Assembly (NCBI GenBank): GCA_973895155.1
Contig: OZ316895.1
Span: 6,502,136-6,566,135, forward strand
Direction of reading: 5' to 3'
DNA from: Marsupella aquatica
Taxonomy: Eukaryota; Plantae; Marchantiophyta
Length of the DNA: 64,000 nucleotides
Translations under genes and position numbers: made by a program
Notes under the pieces: model-generated
The model's input: only the letters and a program-made list of their open reading frames with translations
Database searches by the model: none
What the model was told of the DNA's origin: nothing
Shown here: in pieces, positions 22,601 through 34,885 of the stretch
How positions within the stretch are numbered: the first letter of the stretch is position 1
How the letters are laid out: each line of letters begins with the position of its first letter

Positions 22601-25600
22601 TTCTCGTCGTCGTCTCGTCCCTTCTCTTCTCGCTTCTCTTCGTCTCTTGTCTTCTGCTCCACTCTACTTGTTTGCACATTAGTCGATGCTGCTCTACAAG
22701 TTACTACTACTCTACGACACTCCTGTCCTCTAGTCCTCTGCTCTCCTAGTCTCCTACGTTAAAAGTCATGATTATGCTCTGTCCTCTCCTGTCCACCTTG
22801 ATGTCAGCTATTCAGCTAACTTACATTCTAAATGAAGTGGTGGCGAATGTGCTACGAATATTACTTATCTGGTTTCTTACATTAGTTTAGAACCTTTAGA
22901 TCTCCCTAGATTTAAGGACGACCGTTAGACTGTGGCTAAAAAGGGTCTGTGGCTGCTAGGTGAAGAACTCGGTGATGGAAGAGGGAAAAACGCTATTTTT
23001 TGGCAAGGGCTACCGTAGGGGGGAACTGCAATAGGGGGTGCAAAAACAAGGGCAGGAGAAGAAAGCAAGGCTTTGGGTTTATTGTTTTCGTGGAAGGGGG
23101 GAGTGGAGGACCCATGTTTTCAACGTGTACTGCCTTGATTAATAAAGATGCTACCCAAGGTAACCGTGGGAGGTTTTCGTCCAACGAGAAGACTTCCGTT
23201 GCCTTCTTTTCTTGCGTCCTTCCAAGTTGCACTCCACCTGCTTCTACGTTTCCATAATGTACGCCTGAACAAGGGGTGTCAAAATTGTCAATGACTGAAA
23301 AAAACTTAATTAATGAAGATAGTTGAAATTCATCAGCGGCCGCTTTCTGCCAAGAGAAGATGATGTCATGCCTCGTGCAAAGATTTGTTATCTAGGATCT
23401 GGGATAACACATACCTATGTAGCTACTCTAGATCTTTGAACATAAAAGGAGATGAGTACATTGAATGATTGAACCTGTTGTGTCATTTTTAAAGACTCAC
23501 CCGCTCCCAATCCTTGTTTTCCACTTGCATCACCTACTTCAATTTCACCCCTAGTGTATACTGTATAGAGGCTTCAAACTTAACCATATGCTTTGAATGG
23601 TAACTTTTGAAAACAATTATGTAATTAGATGACCCCCAAAGTTGAGCATGGCTTAAAATCTGTCCTTCTTTCTAGGAAACTTCAATCTATCTGTACTACC
23701 CTGAAAGGCCCAGCCTATCAATCATGATTTACCCTATAGAGTCAAGCCATGGGTCATAATTTCTTTTGTAACAAAAAATTGGTATTTAGACTATGCTTGT
23801 TTGCAAGGACTGGATGGAGTGTCTCTTCCCGTGCGGGGTACACAGGCCAGTGTCCATACAAAGGGGCAGAGCTTGAAAGAGGGTAGGAAATACTCCAACA
23901 TAATGGGGAGAACCCAAACTAAAGCAACAATCAGAGGAAGGGGAAACTGCCTTAGACTAAGTCGTGCAAGTGGCTCATAGGACCCACACATAACTTATTC
24001 TTACAAGGATTTAGCAACAGAAGGTCTGCGTGTACTACATAAACGGAAGTATATTCCTGTCCTGATATAATATAACTACGTAATATTTTCGTAGGAAGTG
24101 GCCGCCAAGAGCAGTTGCATGGGACGACAAAAAGGCTATGCAATCAAACCGAATACTCTATAAGCGCACGTTAGATGGCAACAGTTCACCACTCATAGAA
24201 TGAGGACCATGACGATATGTCACTCCCACATTTAGCTTTCCATCATGTTTCTCTTTTTGGAGGTACTTACTCATAACGATGCGCCACACCGCATGGTGAC
24301 ATGAGCAAACTCATAGACCTTCAATAAGGGTAGGAGACCACGTAATTTGAGCCCTCAAAGAACAATACAAAATTCTGGAGAACCAGAGAGGCCTATCATC
24401 GTAGAGGACAAATACCTGTTTTGTTTTTTAATTATTCAACGAAGTTGATGGTGCACGGAATGAAGAGACATTCACTTGATTGACTCCCAAACAAAGTTGT
24501 CTCGGCACCCAACCCCATGAGGTTTTGGGACATTGATTCAAGGTCTACCAGCCGTCTGGATCACTCATGGGGTTCATCAAGTCATACTTTTTATTTGGAC
24601 CCTTCTAATAAATGATATCAGGGAATAAATTTTAAAAATACCCTAGGCAACAGCAATATTCTTATCATCATCTCCCTTGGCCAGCAGGAAAAACCACTCT
24701 GGTCAGTGGCGAATGACCACCACCCCTTTCCCTTCTTTGAGACCTTGCCTGGCCACCACCGTTGCTGTGACATCCGGCTCCACACCTCTGGGCCGGGCAG
24801 GGGTCCAGGGGCCACGGTACCTCATAAGCTGATGCTGGCCTCAAAATTTGGTTCCCACTTGGAAGGATATACCATTCAATACGAGTATCGTAAATGATTC
24901 ATGCGTAATACCGGATAAACTTGCCAACCTTGTCCGTTGGCGTCTTCGATGGTCACAGGCTCACAGCCCCTCTTTCATCCACAGTAATCTCTAGAGTAGT
25001 TGGTTTGTTTATTCTTGCTTTTGTGCGAACATTCTTTTGTGGGATTCAGATTCGAAAAGAAGTTTTTAGTGGAAGTAAACATAGGCAAGGACTTGCAACT
25101 TGTGTTCCCATGGACTGAGCCCATGAACCTTGTAACCCTCATGGACAGTGACATTGTTTACATTTCTGTCATGGTAAGAACATAATCTGTACCAAATTCT
25201 GTCACGGTAAGAACATAACACCAAAAACTGAAATTAGGAATGTATAATTATGGAATAGAGAATGAAGATGCACATTTAACATTTCCTGTAGCTTTCGTAG
25301 CGGCAAAGTACTTGAAGCGCTCCTTGTAACAAGAGCAGCACCATATGAACAACATGATTTCCGATAGCTATGCAACAAAAACGACGCTTTTTATGACAAG
25401 AACATTGCTCTCTGAAAAATATGATTCATCAACAATATTTCCAAAAGAAAAATCTTAAGTAGCTCTATAACAATAGAATTAGTCAAAACACTTTTTATAG
25501 CAAGAACAATGGTCTCTGAAAAATGGGATTCCACAACAACACTCATGTAAATTAAAATTTCCTTTAGCTTCACAATGGAAAAATGCCTCCTTGGTGGGAA

Positions 25601-26647
25601 TTGTCACCTTGGCTCATGAGTCGTTGCTTGCTTTCCCCCCTTTGGGGGGTTTTTGAATATTAAAAACTATTTTTGAGTAAATTATGTTCATTTGGTTTTA
25701 ACCATTGGGCAAACTACTTAAGGCTGAATGAATAAAATGTGAAGCACTCAATCTATTCAAAGTTTCATCTACTTTGAATAGATGAAACTTTATAAGGTCT
25801 TTACATAAGAACCAAATTAAATGTACTTTAAATGTTATCTTTTTATTAAACTCTTAAAAATATGTAGAGTAATTATGTGGAGAGGAAGAATATTGGGAGA
25901 AAGCAGCGAAGCTCTCAATAAAAAATGCTATGGCCACTGACATATTTTTATGATAGAAATGGTTTTTATGATAGAAATGGTGACAGAGTTAAGAAAATTT
26001 ATAGATAGAAGTGCAAATTTGGTTATTGATAATGTACTTTATGGACAGAAATATAAATGGCAATGTCGAGGCACATTTTTATGTTTTGATCCGGTCCATG
26101 CAGGTTTGGTTTATCCATGAGAGTTTCACTCCATTCGGGCTTTTAACTTAACGGACATTTTATTTTATTTTACGTTTTAAGTTTTTCGATTTAATATGAC
26201 ATTGAAGTTTTATCTTTATGCAGTGTCAGCTTGACGTGGCATGGCGGGCAGGGGGAAGAGGGCCGCCCAGGTCAGGGGCAGAGAGCAAAGCGTACGAAAC
26301 TCTGCCGCGTGGCCCACCGTGGCATCCCGCCACAATCATCACAAAAATCCCCACTGTTCCCGGCGATCATTCGACGGGGGCGGTTCTGACCGCCGTGCAT
26401 AAATAATTATGGCCATTTCATGACGTCAGAATGGTCAGTTGATATGATTGGGAAGTGTCAAGTGTGACTTGGAGAGTGGTGTACTATAGAAATTATTGTT
26501 TTATTGCAGTAGAAAGCCCCTACACAAATATTTATTTGTCCGGAGCAGATTTGCTTTTTTGTTTGGACTTGGCGCAACCCTCTCACACAGTCACACTCAT
26601 CATATCCAATGAGAGAGGGTGGCTTGAAGAGTTGAGGGGGACTCCAC

Positions 26648-27621
26648 ATTAATGAACCGTGCATAAGTGCATGTTGGATAAGTGCATTCTGTGGTTAGTG
26701 CAGGCCTTGCGTGTCTTCTTCCCCTGAAATTACTGGGATTTTCATTGTAAATGCATAAGTGCAGGCGGACCCTCACCAAATGACACATACTTAACTGAGG
26801 TCAGTCTCGAAGAGTACACATGCATTTACAAGTTAGTGCATATATTACACAGTATGCATTTATAGATAAGAGCTGGAAAGAATTACTTAGAGTATTCACG
26901 AGCACTTATTCAACTGGAAACGCCTTGTAAGAGGGTTTAGGGTAGGGCCCAAGGTGGGGCAGATCTAAGTTTTAGTCCAATAGGAACTGAGTTTTGTATG
27001 GACTTTTCAATTGGAATGCAAGTTTTGTACTCACAAACTGCCCTAATTTTTTTTCTTTCATTCAATTAACCCGATTACCGGTTCCTTGAACATAAACAGA
27101 TATGAAAAAAAAATTCTCGCACAATAATATTTCTATCCTATTTTGTTAATCTTTGTCTCATCCTTGTTTTTTGTCTACTCCCATTTCAGTTTTGTCTTTA
27201 CTTGGAGTTAATATCATTTTTGTCCATCGTCATGTTATGTTTTTTTATTGAGATTCATGATCATTTTTGTCTGTACTAGGTTACAATCTAGAGGCTTCAC
27301 TCTAGACCCTAGGCCCTTAAGAGTAGAGTTCTTTCGTGCTTTTATAGTAAGATTTGTGAATCTGTCGACTGGACTAATGAATTCTGCTACAGTCTAGTGT
27401 GCTTGTCTACATTTTTGTGCAAAGAACCCCTGCTGCCTTAGGAACTGTCGCATGTCAATTAGATGCACTCGTAGATCAAATTCCAAATCTGCTTGTATAT
27501 TGGATTAGTGCATTATTTCTGAAAGCATGCACTTACCAGAAGTGCATAACTGAAAGCCCTGCACTTATTACGTAGTTGTTGGTGCTTCCCGGGAGCCTGC
27601 ACTTATACATGGTTCGCTGTA
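26648..27621. mobile_element. Non-autonomous TIR element (MITE-like, possibly Tc1/mariner-pogo type) inserted into a minisatellite
   Basis: The left end ATGAACCGTGCATAAGTGCA resembles the reverse complement of the right end (GCGAACCATGTATAAGTGCA). The right terminus reads ...GGTTCGCTG|TA. TAAGTGCA/TGCACTTA subterminal repeats are inverted between the ends, and there is no coding capacity. The left terminus is degenerate. Confidence 0.6.
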
Positions 27622-28062
27622 CTTGTATCCAATGAGAAGGTAAGGCTTGAAGTTGAGGGAGACTCTCACACTCACACAATCATATGGGGGGGGGGGGGCT
27701 TGAAGAGTTGAGGGGGACTCTCCCACACACTCATATCCAATGAGAGGAGGGTGGATTTGGGGGGGGAGGCTTGAAGAGTGAGGGGGACTCCCATGGACTC
27801 ATATGCAATGAGAGTGGGTGGCTTGAACAGTTGAGGGAGTCTCCCACACACTCATATTCAATGAGAGAAGGGGGCTTCAATAGTTGAGGGAGACTCCCTC
27901 ACACCCATATCCAATGAGAGGAAAGGGGGGGGGGAGGGGGCTTGAAGACTTGAGGGGGACTCCCACAAACTCATATCCAATAAGACAGAGTGGCTTGAAC
28001 AGTCGAGGGAATCTCCCACACACTCATATCCAAATGAGTGAAGGGAGCTTCAATGGGAGACT
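27622..28062. repeat. G-rich minisatellite, ~8 units of 52-70 bp
   Basis: Repeating CACACTCATATCCAATGAGAG..GGGGCTTGAAGAGTTGAGGGGGACTCCC, with one further unit at about 26580-26647. Confidence 0.9.
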
Positions 28063-29011
28063 TGTTGGCCCTGGATGTGCTTTGGTTCTTTGGTAGGTAC
28101 TGCATAATGTGAGATTGTGAGCATAAATGGATTTTTTGCCAGCAATTTCTATTGTATCTTGACAAGACATATTAATAAGAACTTTTTTCTTAAAAGACTA
28201 GTCCTAATGTAACTAAACTCTGGATCTGCTGAAGTGCTTACCCACCAGTCTTTAAGAGCACTGAAATAGAACTAGTAGAAAACATTCTAACTGTATACAT
28301 AATTTAAGTATGTCAGCACCATCGTATAGATTCCAATAGAGACTAAGGTCAGGATCACAACCTAAAAGGCTAGTGTTCTATGAAGGTAGCAGTGTGGTTA
28401 TCATGGCAGATATTGTCAAATCAGTCTCATCTATATAGAGCATGCTCATCCTGGAACATGCTTTATTTTTTGTCTTGTAGTGATCTGAAAGTAAATAAAA
28501 TATGAGAGCATAGAAGTGTTGTTATATAAGTAAAATGTCTACCAAGAAAAGGTACAGTCAGACATGCTAGGATGTGTGCACTTAACTCAGGGTGCCTTGT
28601 GAATGACACTCCTTTCAATAAAAACCATAAACCTAGGAAAGAAAAACATGAGGAGAACTTAAGAGGCTATGCATTCATGTTCTTCAACATCATTTCTCTC
28701 ACTAGTGGTGGTGGAGCCTTTGGTTTCATCTCTAAGAAAACACATACTGTGAAAGGGGGCTGCCAAAATAAGTTCAAAACACTCTAGAATACCTAAAACT
28801 AAAGAGGTCTAAAAATTAATTTAAAATGTATAGAATACAAAGGCTGCCCCTTGATAAGGCAAATTGAAATGAAAATACATGACACAAAAATCTCAATAAG
28901 ACAAAATCTGAAATGTGCATTCACCATATAGCAGCTTTAAAATTTACAACAAAGTTTACAAATTGTCCCTTCCATAAGTTCGCTATTCTCACAAAGTTTA
29001 TTAAAAACAGG

Positions 29012-29295
29012 CCTCTCACATTACATTCAAAACAGTGTCTCTCACTTGCTTGTCACCTGGATAAGCTTTTACTTATCTCAAAGCCATCTATCACATTTGA
29101 AGATGGATGAAAGTTCACTAACACTACAGCAGCCTCAAGATGTAGGTAGAGTACCTCTCACATTACATTCAAAACAGTGTCTCTCACTTGCTTGTCACCT
29201 GGATAAGCTTTTACTTATCTCAAAGCCATCTATCACATTTGAAGATGGATGAAAGTTCACTAACACTACAGCAGCCTCAAGATGTAGGTAGAGTA
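29012..29295. repeat. Apparently exact 142-bp tandem duplication
   Basis: CCTCTCACATTACATTCAAAACAG...GTAGGTAGAGTA at 29012 and 29154. Confidence 0.95.
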
Positions 29296-29405
29296 CCCAA
29301 AGGTCTTGGTAATTGCACATCAAAATATGACATATAGGATGTTCCACGTCACTCCATACCATGACAAACCTTGTTAAAACATTAAATCAATGAATGCACA
29401 CAGTA

Positions 29406-29665
29406 TATTATCACATTTTGATGTATGATTACCAGCAGGGCCAAAGTATGGGACTGAAGCTTAAGGTTCATACGCAAGTTCGGGACAGACATCTTATATT
29501 ACCACCATTTGATGTGTGATTACCAACAGGCCGAAGTATGGGACTGACATCTGCAGCTTAAGGTTCATACCCAAGTATGGGACAGACATCTTATATTACC
29601 ACATTTTGATGTGTGATTACCAGCAGGGCCGGAGTATGGGACCGACATCTGCAGCTTAAGGTTTA
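29406..29665. repeat. ~95-100-bp tandem repeat, about 2.7 copies
   Basis: Recurring TTTGATGT.TGATTACCA.CAGG.CC..AGTATGGGAC...GCTTAAGGTT units. Confidence 0.85.
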
Positions 29666-30054
29666 TAAAAGACCAGGGTCATGCCGGTCTGACCTTGAAG
29701 CAAGTCACCACTATATCCTAACAGAGAGACGTTCATCAAATCTCATGAATCATTCAGGATGTGAGGAGTGGCTCCTTCTCGAATGGGGGCTGATTGCTCA
29801 CAGACATCAGACACGCAGTAAGTCCCACATGCTGGGTACTCAGGTACAAAGACGCTTGAATTCCTACTTGTCAAAACACTGCAACACGAAGGAACTGAGC
29901 ATAATTGAGGCAAGGAACAGAGTGCAAAAACGTACCTTCGCTACGATAGAGCTATTGTGAAACAATGTAGGCCAGGGCATTGAAGGTGGCGCAAAAGCTT
30001 CCAAAACTCTGTGAATGGAAAAAAAAATCTAAGCATCCTGCACCTCCACCTATC

Positions 30055-32636
30055 CTAAAAATACGAGTTCTCTTTCTTCTTCGTGATGGCGCACATATTT
30101 CTCCAACATTGGAATGACCCCACGAGGTGGTCGGAGGGATTGACAGAATAATGCCCAATGTTCCATGCAGCGTGTGTGTTTGGCTTCTGAATGAAGTCCT
30201 CATTCATTACATCAATCAATGACTTGATAAGGGCGACCATAGTTCCCTTGTGTCCAGGCGGGCCACCCCCACAACACTGATCGTAGCATCCAAACGAGCA
30301 GGGCTCTTTGCCGTAGTAGGAGGTTTCCAGGTCCTCGATGAAGTAATAGCCTCCGGGCTTGACCAACGGCATGAGGTGAGTGAAGGAGGTGATTTGCTGG
30401 GTCATCGTGTGGCCCCCGTCGTCGATTATGAAGTCAAGGGCACCCACTTCCGAACGAATAACGGCTGAGACTTCTTTCAGGAAAGTCACATTGGCTTGGT
30501 CGCCGATGAATATCTCCACGTTTGGGTCCTGAATTGACACACATGCATAGGATGCAATCAGTCTGGAGCAGGTTTGAATCTGGAGCACTTTTGGAATGAA
30601 CAGTCAAACGCAGAAGAGAAGCCTTCAGTACAAGATGTAACTGTGGACCAGGAGGCCAAGTCATCAGTGGGGAAGCAAGCAATCGCTGTGACCAACGGAT
30701 CAAAAGGGCGATTGGCACTCATGCCCATGTCACCTAGGCTACGGTGGTCTTCTCCTCTTCAAACGGTTCACAAGAAAAGGAACAGGTCTAGGGGTGGTAG
30801 TGATAATTCTGACGGGGATGACGATTCCCATGAAGGAAACAAACAGTAACAGAAAATTGATAATGTGCATTTCAGTGTTAAAGGACCCCGTCACACTCTT
30901 TGACAAGAAACGCAGGGATTCTGGTGATTCTGCAAGCAAGAAGCTGGGTAAGTACAACAAGGGGTCCTCAGAAAACTGGTGGTGTCATCCTCTTATGAGA
31001 AAAAATTTCCTTCGTTCACTGACAGTGAAAAGATGCAGCGAAGTCATTGAGCAGAGTACAGAGTACAGACACTACTTTGAGGCAAGCAAAAGGCTGCGGT
31101 CTCGTTAATGATCATGATTCACTGTCCGGGCAGGAAAGCAGCACTATTAATCAGGAGAAGAGCTTCCCACCTATGGAAGCGGAACAGTTTCTTCTCTCTC
31201 TCATTGCGTGCACGAGGAGGTGCATCAGGAATCGTTCAGGAGAACATTGGATCCAAATTCAACAATGGAGACAGATATCTGTTAGTTACAGAGGACAGAA
31301 TGGCTGCAGTTTCGGAATGTCTTTGCCTCAGTTTGAACCAGGGATTCCCTGAAACCTCAGGCCTTCCGAACAAATGCTTGAACCACTGAGAGATGGAAAG
31401 GATGACTACAAAAATCCAAATTCTATAGTTTAATTGGTTTGAACATTAGAGGTTTGCTCATTGAACGAATTTGAAGTAGATGGAATAGGTGATTCGTTTT
31501 CTCTCCCAGAGCATGGCGAGAACGAGCAAAATAAGGCAGGATGGCACGGAAGGTTCTCTGAGCAGTGGGTGGCACGAGAAATCAAGGGAAGAGCCCGGGT
31601 TCAAAAGAACAACAGTTCAAGAGAGATTTCCCTTGCTGCTCTCTTAAACTCCTTCCAGAAGTGCGAGTCAGCTGCGAAGTACACCTTCGCGGCTGCAGCA
31701 CATGCAGACAAATTGAGAGCTCAAAAGGCTAGTCTGCTTTAAGACCAAGAAAGAGAACTACGGATCGGTGCTGCAAATCCAATCGTACTCAAAAGTTTCG
31801 CTTTTGCTCTGAACGCTGAACGCTGAATGCTCAAGGCTTTCGTTTTGCTCTGGGCACTGGATGCACATCGTCTTCTAGTCTCCCCATGCCTTGCGATCAT
31901 GGCTAATTTACTTGACAGTAGACCTGACTTGCCTCGGTCCTTATAGACCGAGCACGGATACCGAGGCGACAGCTGACGGCAGACAAGTGGATCTACTTGA
32001 TACCATTTAATATTTCGCTCTCACCCATTCCAACAAATAACCAGGGAATCGTGGAGTGCAACAGACTAACAGAGACACTTTCACACTCGACGCCAGTTTC
32101 TATGTCAACTGATTCTGTGACACACACTTCAAACTCATGACCTGCCTCGCACGAGACAGGATCTGATCACAGAAGATTCAAACCTGCATTGTGCGGCACA
32201 TCAGATCTTGTTCAGCTATAAAACGTACCTTTCCAGCATAACTTCGGAAGCCTTGGTGTGTGGCGCCCTTATCAATTCCGTAGACCTTGGCCTTAATGAA
32301 AAACTTCTTCCACACGTCCAACGAGTCCCCTTCCCTCAATCCGATTTCCATAAACGCAACTTTCTGGTCCCACAGCTTATCAAAGTACTGCGCGTACATG
32401 AAACCGTAGTTATGTAGCCTCTTCCCGGATGTCGAATTCTGCAGTAGCGCCTCGAAGCTTCGCCCCTCCCTGGACGACGAAGAAGTTGGGAAATAGCTTG
32501 AACGCAGCTCGCGGCCATTGACAATGAGATTGTAGGCCGGGGAGAGCCAGTAGATAAGTAACAGAATCACTGAGGGAAGGACGAGGGAGAGGAGGAGCAC
32601 AACAGAAGGACGCGACCAACGCTTAGGAGCAGCCAT
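30055..32636 (-). CDS. Type II membrane-anchored class I SAM-dependent O-methyltransferase (MycE/ElmM-like sugar methyltransferase family), 2 exons, 293 aa
   Basis: Exon 32636-32229 (AAG|GT) joins exon 30528-30055 (CAG|GAC) in phase 0. N-terminal TM helix VVLLLSLVLPSVILLLIYWL; motifs K..HNY..MY, FMEIGL..GDSL.VW, YGID, IFIGDQAN, LDFIIDDGGH and KPGGYYFIEDL.TSY. Confidence 0.85.
30574..31770 (+). pseudogene. Fragmented coding-like relic inside the methyltransferase intron, opposite strand
   Basis: A chain of same-strand ORF pieces (30574-30849, 30794-31108, 31047-31352, 31461-31742) with charged, coiled-coil-like composition, broken by stops and frameshifts. No family recognised. Confidence 0.4.
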
Positions 32637-33418
32637 TGTCACACACAGATGACAGTAAGGGCTCGGGCCACGAAGCTAAGTCCTGCAACAAAACCAGCTA
32701 CAGGAGTAATCGATGCGACGCGAATGTGGATCAACGTTAAAAGATAACGGGAACGCAATTCTAGATCAGGAACATGACTACAAATAACTGCACATGGTAG
32801 ATCTAATGGGCAGGTTTCGAGAAACGCGATTTGATTGTCATCGACCTCGTACAGTAATTTGCAGAAATTCATAGATCTGCAGGACCTACACCTTCCATAT
32901 CGATCTCCTTCTTTCGCATTACTCGAGTACTCCGAGCCAGAGACCACAGAGCTCACGATCCAATGAAATTGCTCGTTGAGTTGTTCACGGCCAGTAGAAA
33001 TCGAAGTTTGAGATGGATTGGATCCGACCTAGTTCTACTTCGATCTGTGGCCACTTTCTCTTGTTGCCGGCTCTCTTTCGGGAGATGCTTCACTAAAGAT
33101 ATTGTAGTGAAGATGTTGCGACACTTCATTTCAGGGAGGACTCCTCTCTACCTTCACCAGGCCTACCCACTTCTCCTGTTGCCACTTCTCGTTTGGGAGA
33201 TGCTGTACCGCGATTGTTAAGATTTTGAGTCACATTGTTTGCTTTAGAGTGTACTACTGCTCGCTGCCTTCACCAGGTGTTCCTGTCCCTTTTAAATGAC
33301 AAGAGTCAGAAAACTGTAGAGAGCCTCCAAATGAAACTGCACCAAGCCATTTTTCGTATCTAATTGCCCAATTTCGACTCCAATCTTTTCCTCCAGTACT
33401 ACACCGCAATAGACGTGA

Positions 33419-33583
33419 AGTATGCACTTAGAATCTCAAAAGCTGTGTTCTCGGATGGGGCATGCAAAGTCGGGAGAAACCGGCACTAAGAGATCAGTAT
33501 GCACTTAGAATCTCAAAAGGTGTGTTCTCGGATGGGGCATTCAAAGTCGGGAGAAACCGGCACTAAGAGATCAGTATGCACTT
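33419..33583. repeat. 77-bp tandem repeat (2 copies + partial)
   Basis: AGTATGCACTTAGAATCTCAAAAG...CACTAAGAGATC at 33419 and 33496, partial copy at 33573. Confidence 0.92.
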
Positions 33584-33677
33584 GAGGTCGCATTTGAGGT
33601 GGGAAAAATCACAGAGGGGGACCTGCAGCTCCTCGGTGACATGTCTGGGAGCCCTAAACCATAATACCTACTCCCTC

Positions 33678-33882
33678 TTTTGTGTCAACCTTGCTCGTCA
33701 TTTATACCATGACGTCCATTGCGTCTTAACAGAGGAGCAGTTTGGCGACGAGATCCATCATTTTGTGCAGACCATAAACAGCTATTTTGTGTCAACCTTG
33801 CTCGTCCTTAATACCATGACGTCCATTGCGTCTTTACCAGAGGAGCAGTTTGGTGACGAGATCCATCATTTTGTGCAGACCA
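33678..33882. repeat. ~108-bp tandem duplication
   Basis: TTTTGTGTCAACCTTGCTCGTC...CATCATTTTGTGCAGACCA occurs twice. Confidence 0.9.
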
Positions 33883-34885
33883 GCAAGAGCACAAACGGGC
33901 CAATCTTCTCGTAGCTAGAACCCAAAGTCACTCTAACCAAATGATTATTTTTTTGAAGGATTTGTTCAAGTGTGATAAAATATCAAAGATAAATAAAACG
34001 GTTACATTTGACGGTTTTATCTCGGTTTTATTTGCTTTGTTGGTCGGGAAATTTCAAATTGTTTATCTTGCTAGAAAAAAAAATTCAATCCCTGCTGAAT
34101 AATTAAATTTTAGCAAGGCATGAAATTGACTCCAATCGACAGTGATACAAAACCTCCCAGGCGAGCATATATGAATGGATGGCCAGGCTGAAAGCGAGTA
34201 CAGCCAGCATATATGTTTCGCTGACTTCGTACACTGAGAAACCAGATAGTGGTACAAATGACATTGTCGAATTCACAGAATCGGGCTTACGAAACTACCA
34301 TGATGAACCCAAAACAAATTTCAAATTGATGCCAAATAGGCCAGGGATGCCTATAACAGTCCACTGGGAGTGGTTACCTGATCATCATCCTCATATTTTG
34401 TGAACATACAAAGCGAATCAAGAGAAGTCCACTCTGATTAGCCAGTGCTCCAAGTGGACTATGCATCAGATTTACGCTGGCGTTACACGAATCAAGGCTA
34501 CCATGAGCCAACGCATCAGCGCAAGCTTGTGTCAAATTGTCTTTACCAAATAACTGACCTCCTAGTGGAAATCCTAACGCTTCTCCCCGTGGTTACAACC
34601 ACCACACAGATCTGTCCAAACGATGTCTGGTTGTGACAGAAAAGCTAGCTCAAAATTGCTCGGTTCTCTCACTAGTGGGTAAATTAAGATCCTATCAAGA
34701 ACTGAAGTGAAAAAAATGAGCCAGACATTGTGTCCAACTCTATAAATTTAGGTACAAGTCAAAGTTCAAGAACTTTGCACCACAGTCTCTTCCTTGTCAT
34801 TGACGACTAATAAGAAGGACGGGTGGGAAGAGCATATCATTCTCATGGGGTTCTTTCGTAGCTAATCACTGGAGGCTATTTAATA

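Noticed and set aside
27622-28062. CRISPR-like array of palindromic repeats
   Set aside because: The intervening sequences are variants of the same unit rather than unique spacers, no cas genes are present, and the context is eukaryotic.
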